Assembly: GCA_027004185.1 (NCBI GenBank)
Contig: JALTIG010000221.1
Span: 1 to 53,916, forward strand
Direction: 5' to 3'
DNA length: 53,916 bases
Source of the DNA: a bacterium
GTDB taxonomy: Bacteria; Desulfobacterota; S145-22
In this document: piece by piece, positions 19,207-28,193 of the stretch
Layout: every line of letters begins with the position of its first letter
Numbering within the stretch: position 1 is the first letter of the stretch
Made by a program: the position numbers and the translations under genes
Notes under the pieces: generated by a model
What the model was told of the DNA's origin: nothing
The model's input: the letters and a program-made list of their open reading frames with translations, nothing else
The model's database searches: none

Positions 19207-22203
19207 ATGGAAATAGATCCCAAAAAGGTCAAGAATCAGCTTTACCGTTCTATAGGGAGAGGGAAAAAACATGCAATGAGAAACCTTAACTGGCTTTTCG
19301 AAACCATGAACCCTTATTTTTTCATTACGTTTGCACCGGAAAAGGATGCCTTGTTGAACCTTTGTTTTAACCTCCATTCCTTGGGGGAGAACAAACAAAT
19401 TATCCTGAAGGATACGGAAGAAAAATATATTCTGGCAACGCTTAACAGGCCCGGTACGTTGTTTAATACCTTGGATGGAATCAAAGACAAGGTGATAATC
19501 TACGAGGAGATGATCCATTCCAATCGTCCCCTGCCCGGGAGGGAACATCAACTTGAGATACTTAAATTTCACTTTTTAAGGGAAACCATGGATAGGGAAA
19601 GTCCCCCTCTCTTTAGGGGGAAGGGACAAATCTTTAAAACAATGAGGGACGCTTATCCTTCCTTTAATTTTAAAGAATTTGACAAGATTTTCAAGTTCTT
19701 TCTTAAATACAATCGAGACTATGTCCTTCTTTCTCCTCCCTTACGTGTCGCCCGTGCCATGTGGCTTTATCAGTCTGCGATTCGTGAAGGTGGGATCTTT
19801 ATGGATATTGAGCCCACCATCGATGAAGAGGGGAAGGAAGAATCAAGACTTGTGTTCTCTGTGATCAATCCACTTTTTAAGGGATACCTTGCCAAGGTTA
19901 TCGAGATTTTCTACCGCTTGGATATCGCAACACATCGAAATTATATCGTGGAGATTGAAGGAGAAGAGGGTCAGCATGTAACAGTGTTAACCGCTTACAT
20001 TACCACGAGGGATGGAAAACCGATAGAGAAGGGCATGCCTATTTATGCATCCCTTGAATCAGAACTTTACAATACGAAGGTCATTAACATCTGGGATAGG
20101 GTTTATAATGAACTGGTTACAGGCGGTGTTTTAACGGGTCCTGAGGGGAGTCTCCTGAGTGCGATACATACCTTTACCCATACAAATCTGGCGCATGCCT
20201 TTCCCTATCGATATGACTGGGATGAAACCGAAGTAGCCTTTTTCAGCCATCTTCAGCTTACCAAAGATCTTCTCAATGTTTTTGTCAAGAAGTTTGATCC
20301 CGATCCTCAAAAGCGCCTTTCCCCTAAGGTCTTGGAGGAAGAATTCAAGCGAATTGAAACAGACATCGAGGAGTATAATACCGGACATGCCTTCCTGGAT
20401 GTGACAAGAAAAACGGTTTACAGGACTGCGCTATTGATGATTCGCTATACATTAAAAACAAATTACTTTGTCAAGTATAAGAAGGCACTTGCATTTCGTC
20501 TTGATCCCCACTATATGGATTTTCTCCCTGATGAAATCAAGGAAGATCTCCCCAGAGACAAGCCATTTAGAATCACCTTTTTCTATCATCGCTATGGGTC
20601 TGGATATCACTTTGGGTTTTCGGATATTGCAAGGGGTGGTTTTCGAACCATTATCGCTCGCACGAGAGATGATTTTGAGGCCGCTATGGAGACCATCTTT
20701 AAGGAAGCGATGGTTCTTGCACACACGCAGCAATTGAAAAACAAGGATATTTATCAGGGAGGATCGAAGCTTGCTATTGCCATGCGTGCTTTTGATGTCC
20801 ATGATCGTCAGAGAGAAATAAACAGATTGTACAATCTTCAGCGTGGGATTATCAACGCCTTTTTAGATATCTTTGTTACAAGGGATGGAAAACCGGTGGA
20901 TCGGCGTGTTGTGGATTACTACGGTGAAGATGAGCCCATTGAGGTAGGCCCGGACGAAAATATGCATGACACCATGATCGAATATTTTGCCCAGAGGGCC
21001 AAGGAACGTGGGTATATTCTTGGGGGAGGCGTTATCTCAAGCAAAAAGATCGGGATCAATCACAAGGAATATGGTGTAACATCGCTGGGTGTTTTGAAAT
21101 TTGTTCAGAGAACACTAAAAGAGCTGGGGATCGATTGTGAGAAAAGCCCCTTTACCGTGAAGATCACTGGTGGGACGAACGGTGACGTGGCTGGTAACGA
21201 AATGAAACTGCTTATTGAAAATTGCCCCAAGGTTAAGATTCTCTCTATTACTGCTGGTTCTGGTGCTATTTATGATCCGGAGGGAATAGACAAGGAAGAA
21301 CTCACTCGCCTTTTACTGAGGGATAATATCGACAAGTTTTCACCGGAACGCCTTCATGAGGGAGGGATTCTCCTTTATTCCCGGGAAAAGAGACAGGATG
21401 GGTTTATTGAGAAGAACAAAAAGGTTATAAAGAGAGGGGGAAAGGTAGAAGAACAGTGGGTAACCTCAGATGAATTTCATTCTGAATTCGAAAATCTGAT
21501 TTTTTCTCATACAACCGATATCTTTATCCCTGCCGGGGGACGACCGGAAACCATTCATGACAAAAATTGGGAGAGGCTCTTCCGTGCAGATGGGATACCG
21601 ACAACGCGTGCCATCGTGGAAGGTGCCAATTCATTCATTTCTCCGAGTGCACGGGAAAAGATTCAAAAACGGGGCATTATTATTATGAAGGATGCCTCTT
21701 CAAACAAGTGCGGAGTTATCTGTTCCTCTTACGAGATTATCGGTGGTCTGTTAATGAGTGATAGGGAATTCCTTGAGAATAAGCCGACTTATGTTGCAGA
21801 CGTTCTGAAGATTCTTGAAAAACGGGCAATGGACGAAGCCAACTTGATTTTTGAGCGTTTCAAGCGCTTCAAGGGCTCGAGGCTTTACACTGAAATTAGC
21901 AATGAGATCAGTTATGAGATAAATGACCTAACGAATCAGATTTATAAGTATCTGATGCAGCATCCAGATAAGGTTTTCCGCCCGCCCTATTCAAAGATCC
22001 TGTTGCAACATTTCCCGAATCTGATCCAAGTGCGTAAGAAGTTTCGTGACCGGGTGAAATTCCTTCCCATCAAGTACCGGATTGCTATGATCTCCACTGA
22101 GATAGCGACACGGATTATTTATCATGGCGGATTTGAGATTCCTTTTGAGGCCAAATTGGAAAGTTATGCCAGAAATCTGGTAAGGTACCCCAACCCTTCA
22201 TGA
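19207..22203 (+). CDS. large-type NAD-specific glutamate dehydrogenase (Bac_GDH family), ~1,000-aa form
   Basis: 998 aa with ARGGFR, KNKDIYQGGSKLAI (catalytic-Lys region), GPDENMHD, KEYGVTSLGV, GGTNGDVAGNE (dinucleotide fold) and EGANSFISP...SSNKCGVICSSYEI. AAGGAG SD. Confidence 0.8.
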   Translation: MEIDPKKVKNQLYRSIGRGKKHAMRNLNWLFETMNPYFFITFAPEKDALLNLCFNLHSLGENKQIILKDTEEKYILATLNRPGTLFNTLDGIKDKVIIYEEMIHSNRPLPGREHQLEILKFHFLRETMDRESPPLFRGKGQIFKTMRDAYPSFNFKEFDKIFKFFLKYNRDYVLLSPPLRVARAMWLYQSAIREGGIFMDIEPTIDEEGKEESRLVFSVINPLFKGYLAKVIEIFYRLDIATHRNYIVEIEGEEGQHVTVLTAYITTRDGKPIEKGMPIYASLESELYNTKVINIWDRVYNELVTGGVLTGPEGSLLSAIHTFTHTNLAHAFPYRYDWDETEVAFFSHLQLTKDLLNVFVKKFDPDPQKRLSPKVLEEEFKRIETDIEEYNTGHAFLDVTRKTVYRTALLMIRYTLKTNYFVKYKKALAFRLDPHYMDFLPDEIKEDLPRDKPFRITFFYHRYGSGYHFGFSDIARGGFRTIIARTRDDFEAAMETIFKEAMVLAHTQQLKNKDIYQGGSKLAIAMRAFDVHDRQREINRLYNLQRGIINAFLDIFVTRDGKPVDRRVVDYYGEDEPIEVGPDENMHDTMIEYFAQRAKERGYILGGGVISSKKIGINHKEYGVTSLGVLKFVQRTLKELGIDCEKSPFTVKITGGTNGDVAGNEMKLLIENCPKVKILSITAGSGAIYDPEGIDKEELTRLLLRDNIDKFSPERLHEGGILLYSREKRQDGFIEKNKKVIKRGGKVEEQWVTSDEFHSEFENLIFSHTTDIFIPAGGRPETIHDKNWERLFRADGIPTTRAIVEGANSFISPSAREKIQKRGIIIMKDASSNKCGVICSSYEIIGGLLMSDREFLENKPTYVADVLKILEKRAMDEANLIFERFKRFKGSRLYTEISNEISYEINDLTNQIYKYLMQHPDKVFRPPYSKILLQHFPNLIQVRKKFRDRVKFLPIKYRIAMISTEIATRIIYHGGFEIPFEAKLESYARNLVRYPNPS

Positions 22204-22259
22204 GTCCTGTTGATAGGTGAGTGCATTAATCCTTCACCTTCGTGAGACTGATGACTGGT

Positions 22260-23045
22260 TCAGAGGGCGAACTCGGCTAACAGGAAGGTATGATCGGAAG
22301 GTTTTTCTACCCTTCTTGGTTTGAGATCGATGTCGCAACGCAGCGATCTTTCCGCCAGGGGTGGGGTCGCTAGGATATGGTCGATGCGCCAGCCGAGACC
22401 CCGCTTAATTCCACCCCGGAGGCGGTAGTCATAAAAGGTGAACTGTCTCGGTTCGTCCGGGTGATGCTTGCGGAAGACATCGACGAACCCCCATTCTTTC
22501 AAGGAGGCAAAGGCCTCCCAGACCTCCGGGGTAAAGCAGACATGTCCTAACAGCCCCTCGGGATCATACACGTCGATTTCTTCGGGGGCCACGTTCATAT
22601 CGCCGCAGAGGAGCACTGGATTCTCGGTGGAAAAATTTTCATTCAGGAAGGTTATTAGCCGCTTGAACCACTCAAGTTTGTAGCGAAAGAATTCATGATC
22701 CTTTTCACGCCCCTGGGGGACATAGACGTTGAATACCGTAGCGAAAGGAAATCGTGATACGAGAAGACGATCTCTATCCTCCTGACCTCCATCTTGAAAC
22801 CCATGGATTACCTCATCAGGTTTCACGAGGGAGGCGGTAGCAACCCCATTGTATCGTTTGTACCCAAAGTAAGTGATATGATACCCGATAGCGTCAAACT
22901 CCATGGCGGGAAAATGGGTATTGTCTACCTTGGTTTCCTGCATGCACAAGACGTCCACCTGGTGTTCTTTCAGCCAGGGAATCACGATATGTAATCGTGA
23001 ACGTATAGAGTTAACATTAAATGTGGCGATCTTGAACGTGCCCAT
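22260..23045 (-). CDS. xth: exodeoxyribonuclease III
   Basis: FKIATFNVNSIRSR, LCMQETK and a C-terminal SDH motif. Met-70 of the ORF-track ORF (ATG 23045) gives a canonical 261-aa protein. Confidence 0.9.
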   Translation of the reverse strand: MGTFKIATFNVNSIRSRLHIVIPWLKEHQVDVLCMQETKVDNTHFPAMEFDAIGYHITYFGYKRYNGVATASLVKPDEVIHGFQDGGQEDRDRLLVSRFPFATVFNVYVPQGREKDHEFFRYKLEWFKRLITFLNENFSTENPVLLCGDMNVAPEEIDVYDPEGLLGHVCFTPEVWEAFASLKEWGFVDVFRKHHPDEPRQFTFYDYRLRGGIKRGLGWRIDHILATPPLAERSLRCDIDLKPRRVEKPSDHTFLLAEFAL

Positions 23046-23245
23046 GCCGCGCCTCCTGAAAATAGATTGATGAAAATATACCAGAACATCCTTTTCCATG
23101 TCCATATCATAGAGGGATAAGGTTTTCAGTTCTCTCAGTGGGCTTACAACGCTGCGAATAGATTGTAATGATAACAAAATATTGACGGTTCTGCATGAGG
23201 CCTGTATTAACCCTTTGCCTCTTTGCCATTTCAGCTTTTCAACCT

Positions 23246-24376
23246 TTAACAACCCACCATTTTCCTTACCACCTCCGCGATCCTTTGGGCAGTATTTTCC
23301 CAGGTGAAGGTTCTGGCGCGTTGTATGCCTCGTTGAAGGGTGTCCGGAGAGGGGGGATGAAAAACGGCCTTTTCGAGGGCTGCCTGCAGTGCGTTGGGGT
23401 CACGGGCTCGGCAGGTGATCAGCTGGTCTCCTCCGATTTCACGAAATGAAGGACACGCACCGCATACCACGGGAATACCACAGGATATGGCCTCTAGGAC
23501 CGGCATGCCGAAACCCTCGTAATCGGAGGGGTAAATAAAGGCGAGTGCATGGGACAAGAGAACCGGGAGGTCTTCGTGGGGGAGGTAGCCAAGTATAAAC
23601 ACGCCTGGTATTTTCCCGTTTAAGGCTTGCTTCAGCAAAGTAAGGTCTCCCCAACCCCGTTTTCCTACGAGTACCAAAGGGGGTTTGTACAGGTTATTCC
23701 ATGACTGGTAGGCTTCAAGAAGTGAGGTGATCCCTTTTCGGGGCTCTAGCGTTCCAACGAAGAGGAGATATTCCGAGGGAAGGCCATATCTCTTTAGAGT
23801 GGTTCGGATCTTTACGCTATCTTTCACAGGATGAAATTGGTTCGAGTCAACACCAGGATAGGCGAGATAAATCTTTTCCGGCGGGATGTCGTAAACCTCT
23901 GCAATCTCCGCACGCGAAAATTCCGAGATGGTGATGACAGCCGTGGCCTGTTTCAGGGAAAGAGGTACAAATTTCGAGAGAAAGGCTTGGTTTTTTTGAT
24001 CTGCCATCCCAGGATGCCGATGGTACGAGAGGTCGTAAACGATGAGTGCGGTTGGTTTGCCTCTGGTGGGGTAGGAAACAAAGTTGGGAAAGAGGAATGC
24101 ATCGCCATCGCCGGAAAACCATGGAAAGGGGAGAGGAATGCCGGCTTTTAGACATCCCTCGAGAAGTTTGCGGGGAAAGAATCGGCGAATGGAAGACGTC
24201 ACATTCTTACCGAGTATGTTTTCGGGGATGGTTTCTTTCCTCAAAAACCGGAAGAGGACGAGATGAATTTCGTCTTCCGAAAGGATACTGGGAAGTCGTT
24301 TCAGGACCTCGTACACATACGATCCCACACCTGCCCGTTGGCCGAAGATGGGTTGTGCGTCGATGATCAGTCTCAC
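23246..24376 (-). CDS. GT-B fold glycosyltransferase (GT4-like)
   Basis: 376 aa. EX7E-type motif IYPSDYEGFGMPVLEAISCGIPVV. 4-nt overlap with the upstream gene. Confidence 0.85.
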   Translation of the reverse strand: MRLIIDAQPIFGQRAGVGSYVYEVLKRLPSILSEDEIHLVLFRFLRKETIPENILGKNVTSSIRRFFPRKLLEGCLKAGIPLPFPWFSGDGDAFLFPNFVSYPTRGKPTALIVYDLSYHRHPGMADQKNQAFLSKFVPLSLKQATAVITISEFSRAEIAEVYDIPPEKIYLAYPGVDSNQFHPVKDSVKIRTTLKRYGLPSEYLLFVGTLEPRKGITSLLEAYQSWNNLYKPPLVLVGKRGWGDLTLLKQALNGKIPGVFILGYLPHEDLPVLLSHALAFIYPSDYEGFGMPVLEAISCGIPVVCGACPSFREIGGDQLITCRARDPNALQAALEKAVFHPPSPDTLQRGIQRARTFTWENTAQRIAEVVRKMVGC

Positions 24377-25668
24377 CAGATTTTGTTTCCCTTTCCCTTG
24401 AATACCGATTCGATTACCTTCGCAATCCTATCCCAGGTATATTCAGATAGGACCTTTTCGTGTCCGAGCCGGCCCATTTTGTGACCCATTTCTGGGTTCT
24501 TCAGTAAGGTTTGAACACTATTTACGAAGTCATCCACGGAAGCACCCAAGAAGCCATCCCTGCCATGCTCGATGATGCTGTAGACCGCTGGGCATCGCCG
24601 GTTCCCAATCACCGGTTTTTCATACATCCAGGCCTCACAGAAGATGATTCCGAAGCTCTCGAATTCTGTGGGTTCCAGGAGGATATCACAGGCCTGATAG
24701 GCATGGAGGAGCTCCTGCCTAGGCAGCGTTTTGAGATAAAAGATGCCATCACCTTCTACGTCTCTTCGGTCTTCGTCTGGTCCGATCATCACGAGAAAGG
24801 CATCCTCCCCTTCATTTCTGAGCCGCTGGACTGTCTCCATAGCCAGATCGTAACGTTTTGACAGGACCTTTCTTCCTACAAAAAGGAGCATAGTGCCTGT
24901 TTCGGGAAGTCCATGCCGCGTCCTGAAGTCTGCAGCGGCTTCCGGATTCATGGGAAACCCCTTGGGATCAAACCCGACTCCAAGCCGCGTCACCCGGCAT
25001 CCCATCTCTCCGAAAAGTTTTGTGGAATAGTCGTTGAGAACGAAGAGATGATCGGCTGCCTTGAAGGTATCGTAGAAGTGTTTCCAGTGGTGATACCAGT
25101 CGAGGTGGTGAAACAGAGGGATAAGGCCTACGGGACGTCCGGCTTTCCTGGCGGCCTCGACCGCGATGGCCATGGTATTAAAAGGGACCATTGTGGCGAG
25201 GAGAGCATCATAATCACCCGCATGAGTCTCTACGAAGTGGCGTAGCCCTGGTGAATCGGGTCCCCTGGAGAATTGGTAAAGGGTTTGATAGAAAGCTGGG
25301 CGTTTGTGGGCCTTATCAATCAGGGAATGTATCCAGGTTTCTGGGTCCTCATTGAGATAGGAGTGACCTTCAAGATCCTGAAAAACTCGCCGAAGGAGGA
25401 TCCGGCTGGCAAGTTTTTGCAGCCAATCATGGTTTATGACGGGAAATCTGTGAACAGGAATGCCGTTTTCGCCTGTAACCCCCTGCTGAAACCCCTCAAT
25501 CCAATGAATCCCGAAAGCTGAAGAGGCCTTAAGTTCCGAGGCGGTTGTTGTGGCCACTTCCACAGTGTGTCCTCGGTGAGCCAGGGTATGTGTGAGACCG
25601 GCCATGAAATTCTCGGCACCGCCTACCAGTTCGTGTCCATAAATGTATGAGACCAGGAGTATCTTCAT
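24373..25668 (-). CDS. GT-B fold glycosyltransferase (GT4-like)
   Basis: MKILLVSYIYGHELVGGAENF N-terminus and LEPTEFESFGIIFCEAWMYEKPVI. ATG 25668 gives an ATGA overlap with the GT2 stop. The ORF-track start at 25830 lies inside the GT2 gene. Confidence 0.85.
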   Translation of the reverse strand: MKILLVSYIYGHELVGGAENFMAGLTHTLAHRGHTVEVATTTASELKASSAFGIHWIEGFQQGVTGENGIPVHRFPVINHDWLQKLASRILLRRVFQDLEGHSYLNEDPETWIHSLIDKAHKRPAFYQTLYQFSRGPDSPGLRHFVETHAGDYDALLATMVPFNTMAIAVEAARKAGRPVGLIPLFHHLDWYHHWKHFYDTFKAADHLFVLNDYSTKLFGEMGCRVTRLGVGFDPKGFPMNPEAAADFRTRHGLPETGTMLLFVGRKVLSKRYDLAMETVQRLRNEGEDAFLVMIGPDEDRRDVEGDGIFYLKTLPRQELLHAYQACDILLEPTEFESFGIIFCEAWMYEKPVIGNRRCPAVYSIIEHGRDGFLGASVDDFVNSVQTLLKNPEMGHKMGRLGHEKVLSEYTWDRIAKVIESVFKGKGNKIW

Positions 25669-26678
25669 AGCCTTTCTGCCCCCGCCATATGATAGTGGGA
25701 GAAGATATCCGAGAGAAACCGTTTTTTCAGGTAGTGCCACCCTCCCTGATGTGCCATGCCCCGGATCATCCCCAATTGAAAGCGGTACGTGATAAGCCAG
25801 GTTACGAGATAGCTTCTCATACCTTTCCATCCCCCCTTCTTATATTCCACCGCAAGCTTCGTCATAAAGATAGGGAACAGAAGGAGAATCAGTCCCTGCT
25901 TGAGGAGGTGCCGGAAGGGACGTCGGCAGTAGATGTCTAGGTGATTTTTGACAACGGTTTGTCCATAGCCAAACCCGTGCCACCCCTGCTGTCGCAGGAG
26001 CTGGGAAAGGGTTTGGCGGTGGATATGTCTGACTTTTGCATCCGGCGCGTAAAGGATGTGATGGCCCATGCGCCGCAATCGGGTCCCAAAGTCATGATCC
26101 TCCCCCGCCTGTAGTTTTTCATCGAATCCCACATCGCGAGCCACATCGGTAAAAACAGCATAGTTTTTTGTGTCGAGTGTAAAAAGATAGCGTTTATCAC
26201 CGATTTCCGCGCTTATGTAGAAAAGCCAACCCTCATATGACTGCTGAAACCAGTCACTAATCCATCCCTCAATACCTGGGAGATTGTGCCCCATCGAGGC
26301 TACAATCCCCTTTTCGCGATCAAGGGGACCAAGGAGCGCTTCCAACCAGTTTGGTTCGGCGACACAGTCACTATCAATTCCCACAAGTATTTCTCCCCTG
26401 GCATGATCAAGGGCGTCCTGTCTAGCCCCACTTACGTTTTTCCGGGTGAGAGGAAAGACGCGGAGCATGTCCTTAAAATCCTGGTAGGTCTTGACTGAGC
26501 GCGTAGAGGAGTCGATGATCACGATCTCGCAGTAGGGGGAAAGATTCTGTTCCTGGAGGGAGTGGAGGCACCGTGTGAAGATTTGCTCATCCGGATCTTT
26601 TACGGGAATGGCGATGGTGATTGCGGGATGTTCCGGATCGGGAGGAAGATTCCGGATCGTGTCAAGGGAAGCACTCAT
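25665..26678 (-). CDS. GT2 family (GT-A fold) glycosyltransferase with a hydrophobic C-terminus
   Basis: ITIAIPVKD, DSD (DxD), GEDHD, then hydrophobic C-terminal helices (LILLLFPIFMTKLAV, LVTWLITYRF). Confidence 0.8.
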   Translation of the reverse strand: MSASLDTIRNLPPDPEHPAITIAIPVKDPDEQIFTRCLHSLQEQNLSPYCEIVIIDSSTRSVKTYQDFKDMLRVFPLTRKNVSGARQDALDHARGEILVGIDSDCVAEPNWLEALLGPLDREKGIVASMGHNLPGIEGWISDWFQQSYEGWLFYISAEIGDKRYLFTLDTKNYAVFTDVARDVGFDEKLQAGEDHDFGTRLRRMGHHILYAPDAKVRHIHRQTLSQLLRQQGWHGFGYGQTVVKNHLDIYCRRPFRHLLKQGLILLLFPIFMTKLAVEYKKGGWKGMRSYLVTWLITYRFQLGMIRGMAHQGGWHYLKKRFLSDIFSHYHMAGAERL

Positions 26679-27001
26679 AGGGCCTTCAGGTAGCGAAATA
26701 GAAGTTCATCGAAGGTATACGAATGGGGGACAGTGGTCTGGAAGAGTCTTTGTGCCATCAGGGGTATGGGTGTAAACGTCCGACACACGCTGCAGGAATC
26801 CGTGAAAAGGTGTACGACGACATACAGGCCCTTCATCTTTCGATATCTTCTGAGGGGGAGATGGGTAAGGTGCTTGTGGGTCTGGATGTGATAGTCGCCG
26901 TGGTAGATGTGGACAACCCATGGAAATTCCTTGAGAGTGTCCAAATATGGCACAATGGATTCATACCCCGTCTGACAGGGAACAATCCAGGCAATATTCA
27001 T
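26675..27001 (-). CDS. hypothetical 108-aa protein, translationally coupled on both sides
   Basis: 4-nt overlaps with both neighbours. No motif recognised. The N-terminus MNIAWIVPCQTGYESIV faintly resembles the first strand-loop of a GT-B fold. Confidence 0.5.
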   Translation of the reverse strand: MNIAWIVPCQTGYESIVPYLDTLKEFPWVVHIYHGDYHIQTHKHLTHLPLRRYRKMKGLYVVVHLFTDSCSVCRTFTPIPLMAQRLFQTTVPHSYTFDELLFRYLKAL

Positions 27002-28053
27002 AACGGTGCGGTTAACCTTTTGACCACCGCGTCCCAGGAGATGATGCGGCTGTCTTCATAGGCCTGTTTACCGAGGGATTTTGCCAGATCCTCGGAGTCG
27101 GCCAGTTCATCGATACGTTTCGCGATCGCTAGTGGGTCGGGAGGCAGGACAAAACCGTTCATCCCGTCACGGACCAATTCCGTGGGGCCGCCACTGTCCG
27201 TACAGGTAATCACAGGTTTATGGCTTCGCATTGCCTCGACGGTTACAAGGCCATAATCCTCGTTCCTTGGAGCGAAGAAGACGGCGCGGCACCGAGCAAC
27301 ATAGTCGAAGACCTCCTCATCCGACAGGGGACCCGACAGCGTCACCCGGTCCTGAAGCCCATACTTTTGTACCATTTTATTAAGCCTGTCGTATTCGGCT
27401 CCCTTTCCCCCGATGATGCCCCGAATCACTTTTGACTTGACATAGCGCATGGCCTCAATCAGCAGATCCATCCGTTTCGGGACAATCAGGCGGGAGAAGG
27501 CAAAGATAAACGGTTCGTAGGCCTCAAATCGAATCAGCTCTTCCCGTAACGGTGGGGGATAGAGAATTTCTGCATCATGATTCCCCCATTTTTTCAGTCT
27601 GTTGGCGACATTTCCTGAGATAGCATAGAGCTTTTTGACATGCCGGGACAGGAGATGATTATCGATACGGTGAAGGAGGAACCGCTGAATTTTTCGACGC
27701 CATCCAGCCCCAATCCGTTTCTGGTAGGCGTACCATTCGTCCCAGAGGTCGTAATACTCTCGCTGGCGATGGGCGAACCAGCAGAGCTGAACCGGATGAC
27801 GGACCGCAAAGCTGGGAAATTTGATGGTAATCACCCGTTCGATGGGTCTTCCATCCACCTCCCGCACATCCGTCAGGTAGTTGGCCAGGTACCCCGCCAT
27901 GAGGCTTCGAAAAAGGTAGTGCCGGTTCTGCGGGGTGAAGAGCCAATCCGCCTCATGTCCACGCTTATTGAGCTCCCGTACGAGGGCCAAAGCAAGGCGT
28001 TCATTCCCTCCCATCTCGAATGGCACGTAGGATGTAACGACGAGGATACGCAT
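26998..28053 (-). CDS. GT-B fold glycosyltransferase (GT4-like)
   Basis: MRILVVTSYVPFEMGGNE N-terminus and FFAPRNEDYGLVTVEAMRSHKPVI. First gene after the 418-bp spacer. No obvious SD. Confidence 0.85.
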   Translation of the reverse strand: MRILVVTSYVPFEMGGNERLALALVRELNKRGHEADWLFTPQNRHYLFRSLMAGYLANYLTDVREVDGRPIERVITIKFPSFAVRHPVQLCWFAHRQREYYDLWDEWYAYQKRIGAGWRRKIQRFLLHRIDNHLLSRHVKKLYAISGNVANRLKKWGNHDAEILYPPPLREELIRFEAYEPFIFAFSRLIVPKRMDLLIEAMRYVKSKVIRGIIGGKGAEYDRLNKMVQKYGLQDRVTLSGPLSDEEVFDYVARCRAVFFAPRNEDYGLVTVEAMRSHKPVITCTDSGGPTELVRDGMNGFVLPPDPLAIAKRIDELADSEDLAKSLGKQAYEDSRIISWDAVVKRLTAPL

Positions 28054-28142
28054 GTTTGATTAGGTTGAAGATAGAAGGTTTACCCTGTGAAATTGGCGAA
28101 GCCACAGCACAGCGGATTTCACTGGGGTGAAAGGGGAAAACC

Positions 28143-28170
28143 GCGTCTTTGCGTCTTTGCGTCTTTGCGT
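28143..28170. repeat. octanucleotide tandem repeat GCGTCTTT x3.5
   Basis: gcgtctttgcgtctttgcgtctttgcgt read directly. Lies 90-117 nt upstream of the GT start at 28053 (minus strand) and about 30 nt upstream of the plus-strand ATG at 28199. Confidence 0.9.
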
Positions 28171-28193
28171 GAGGCAAAAAAAGTAGCAAGGAA

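Noticed and set aside
19123-19572. 149-aa minus-strand ORF overlapping the gdh start and its promoter region
   Set aside because: It overlaps the strongly supported gdh gene and the AT-rich spacer, with no SD and no motif.
22204-22259. Bidirectional terminator between the convergent gdh and xth genes (AGGTGA-n13-TCACCT)
   Set aside because: It has only a 6-bp stem, a 13-nt loop and no U-tract on either strand. That is too weak to call.
23046-23252. 69-aa N-terminal extension of xth, starting at 23252 and overlapping the GT stop
   Set aside because: ExoIII homologues begin at the FKIATFNVN strand, and Met-70 yields a canonical ~261-aa protein. The extension has no recognisable features. An alternative start cannot be fully excluded.
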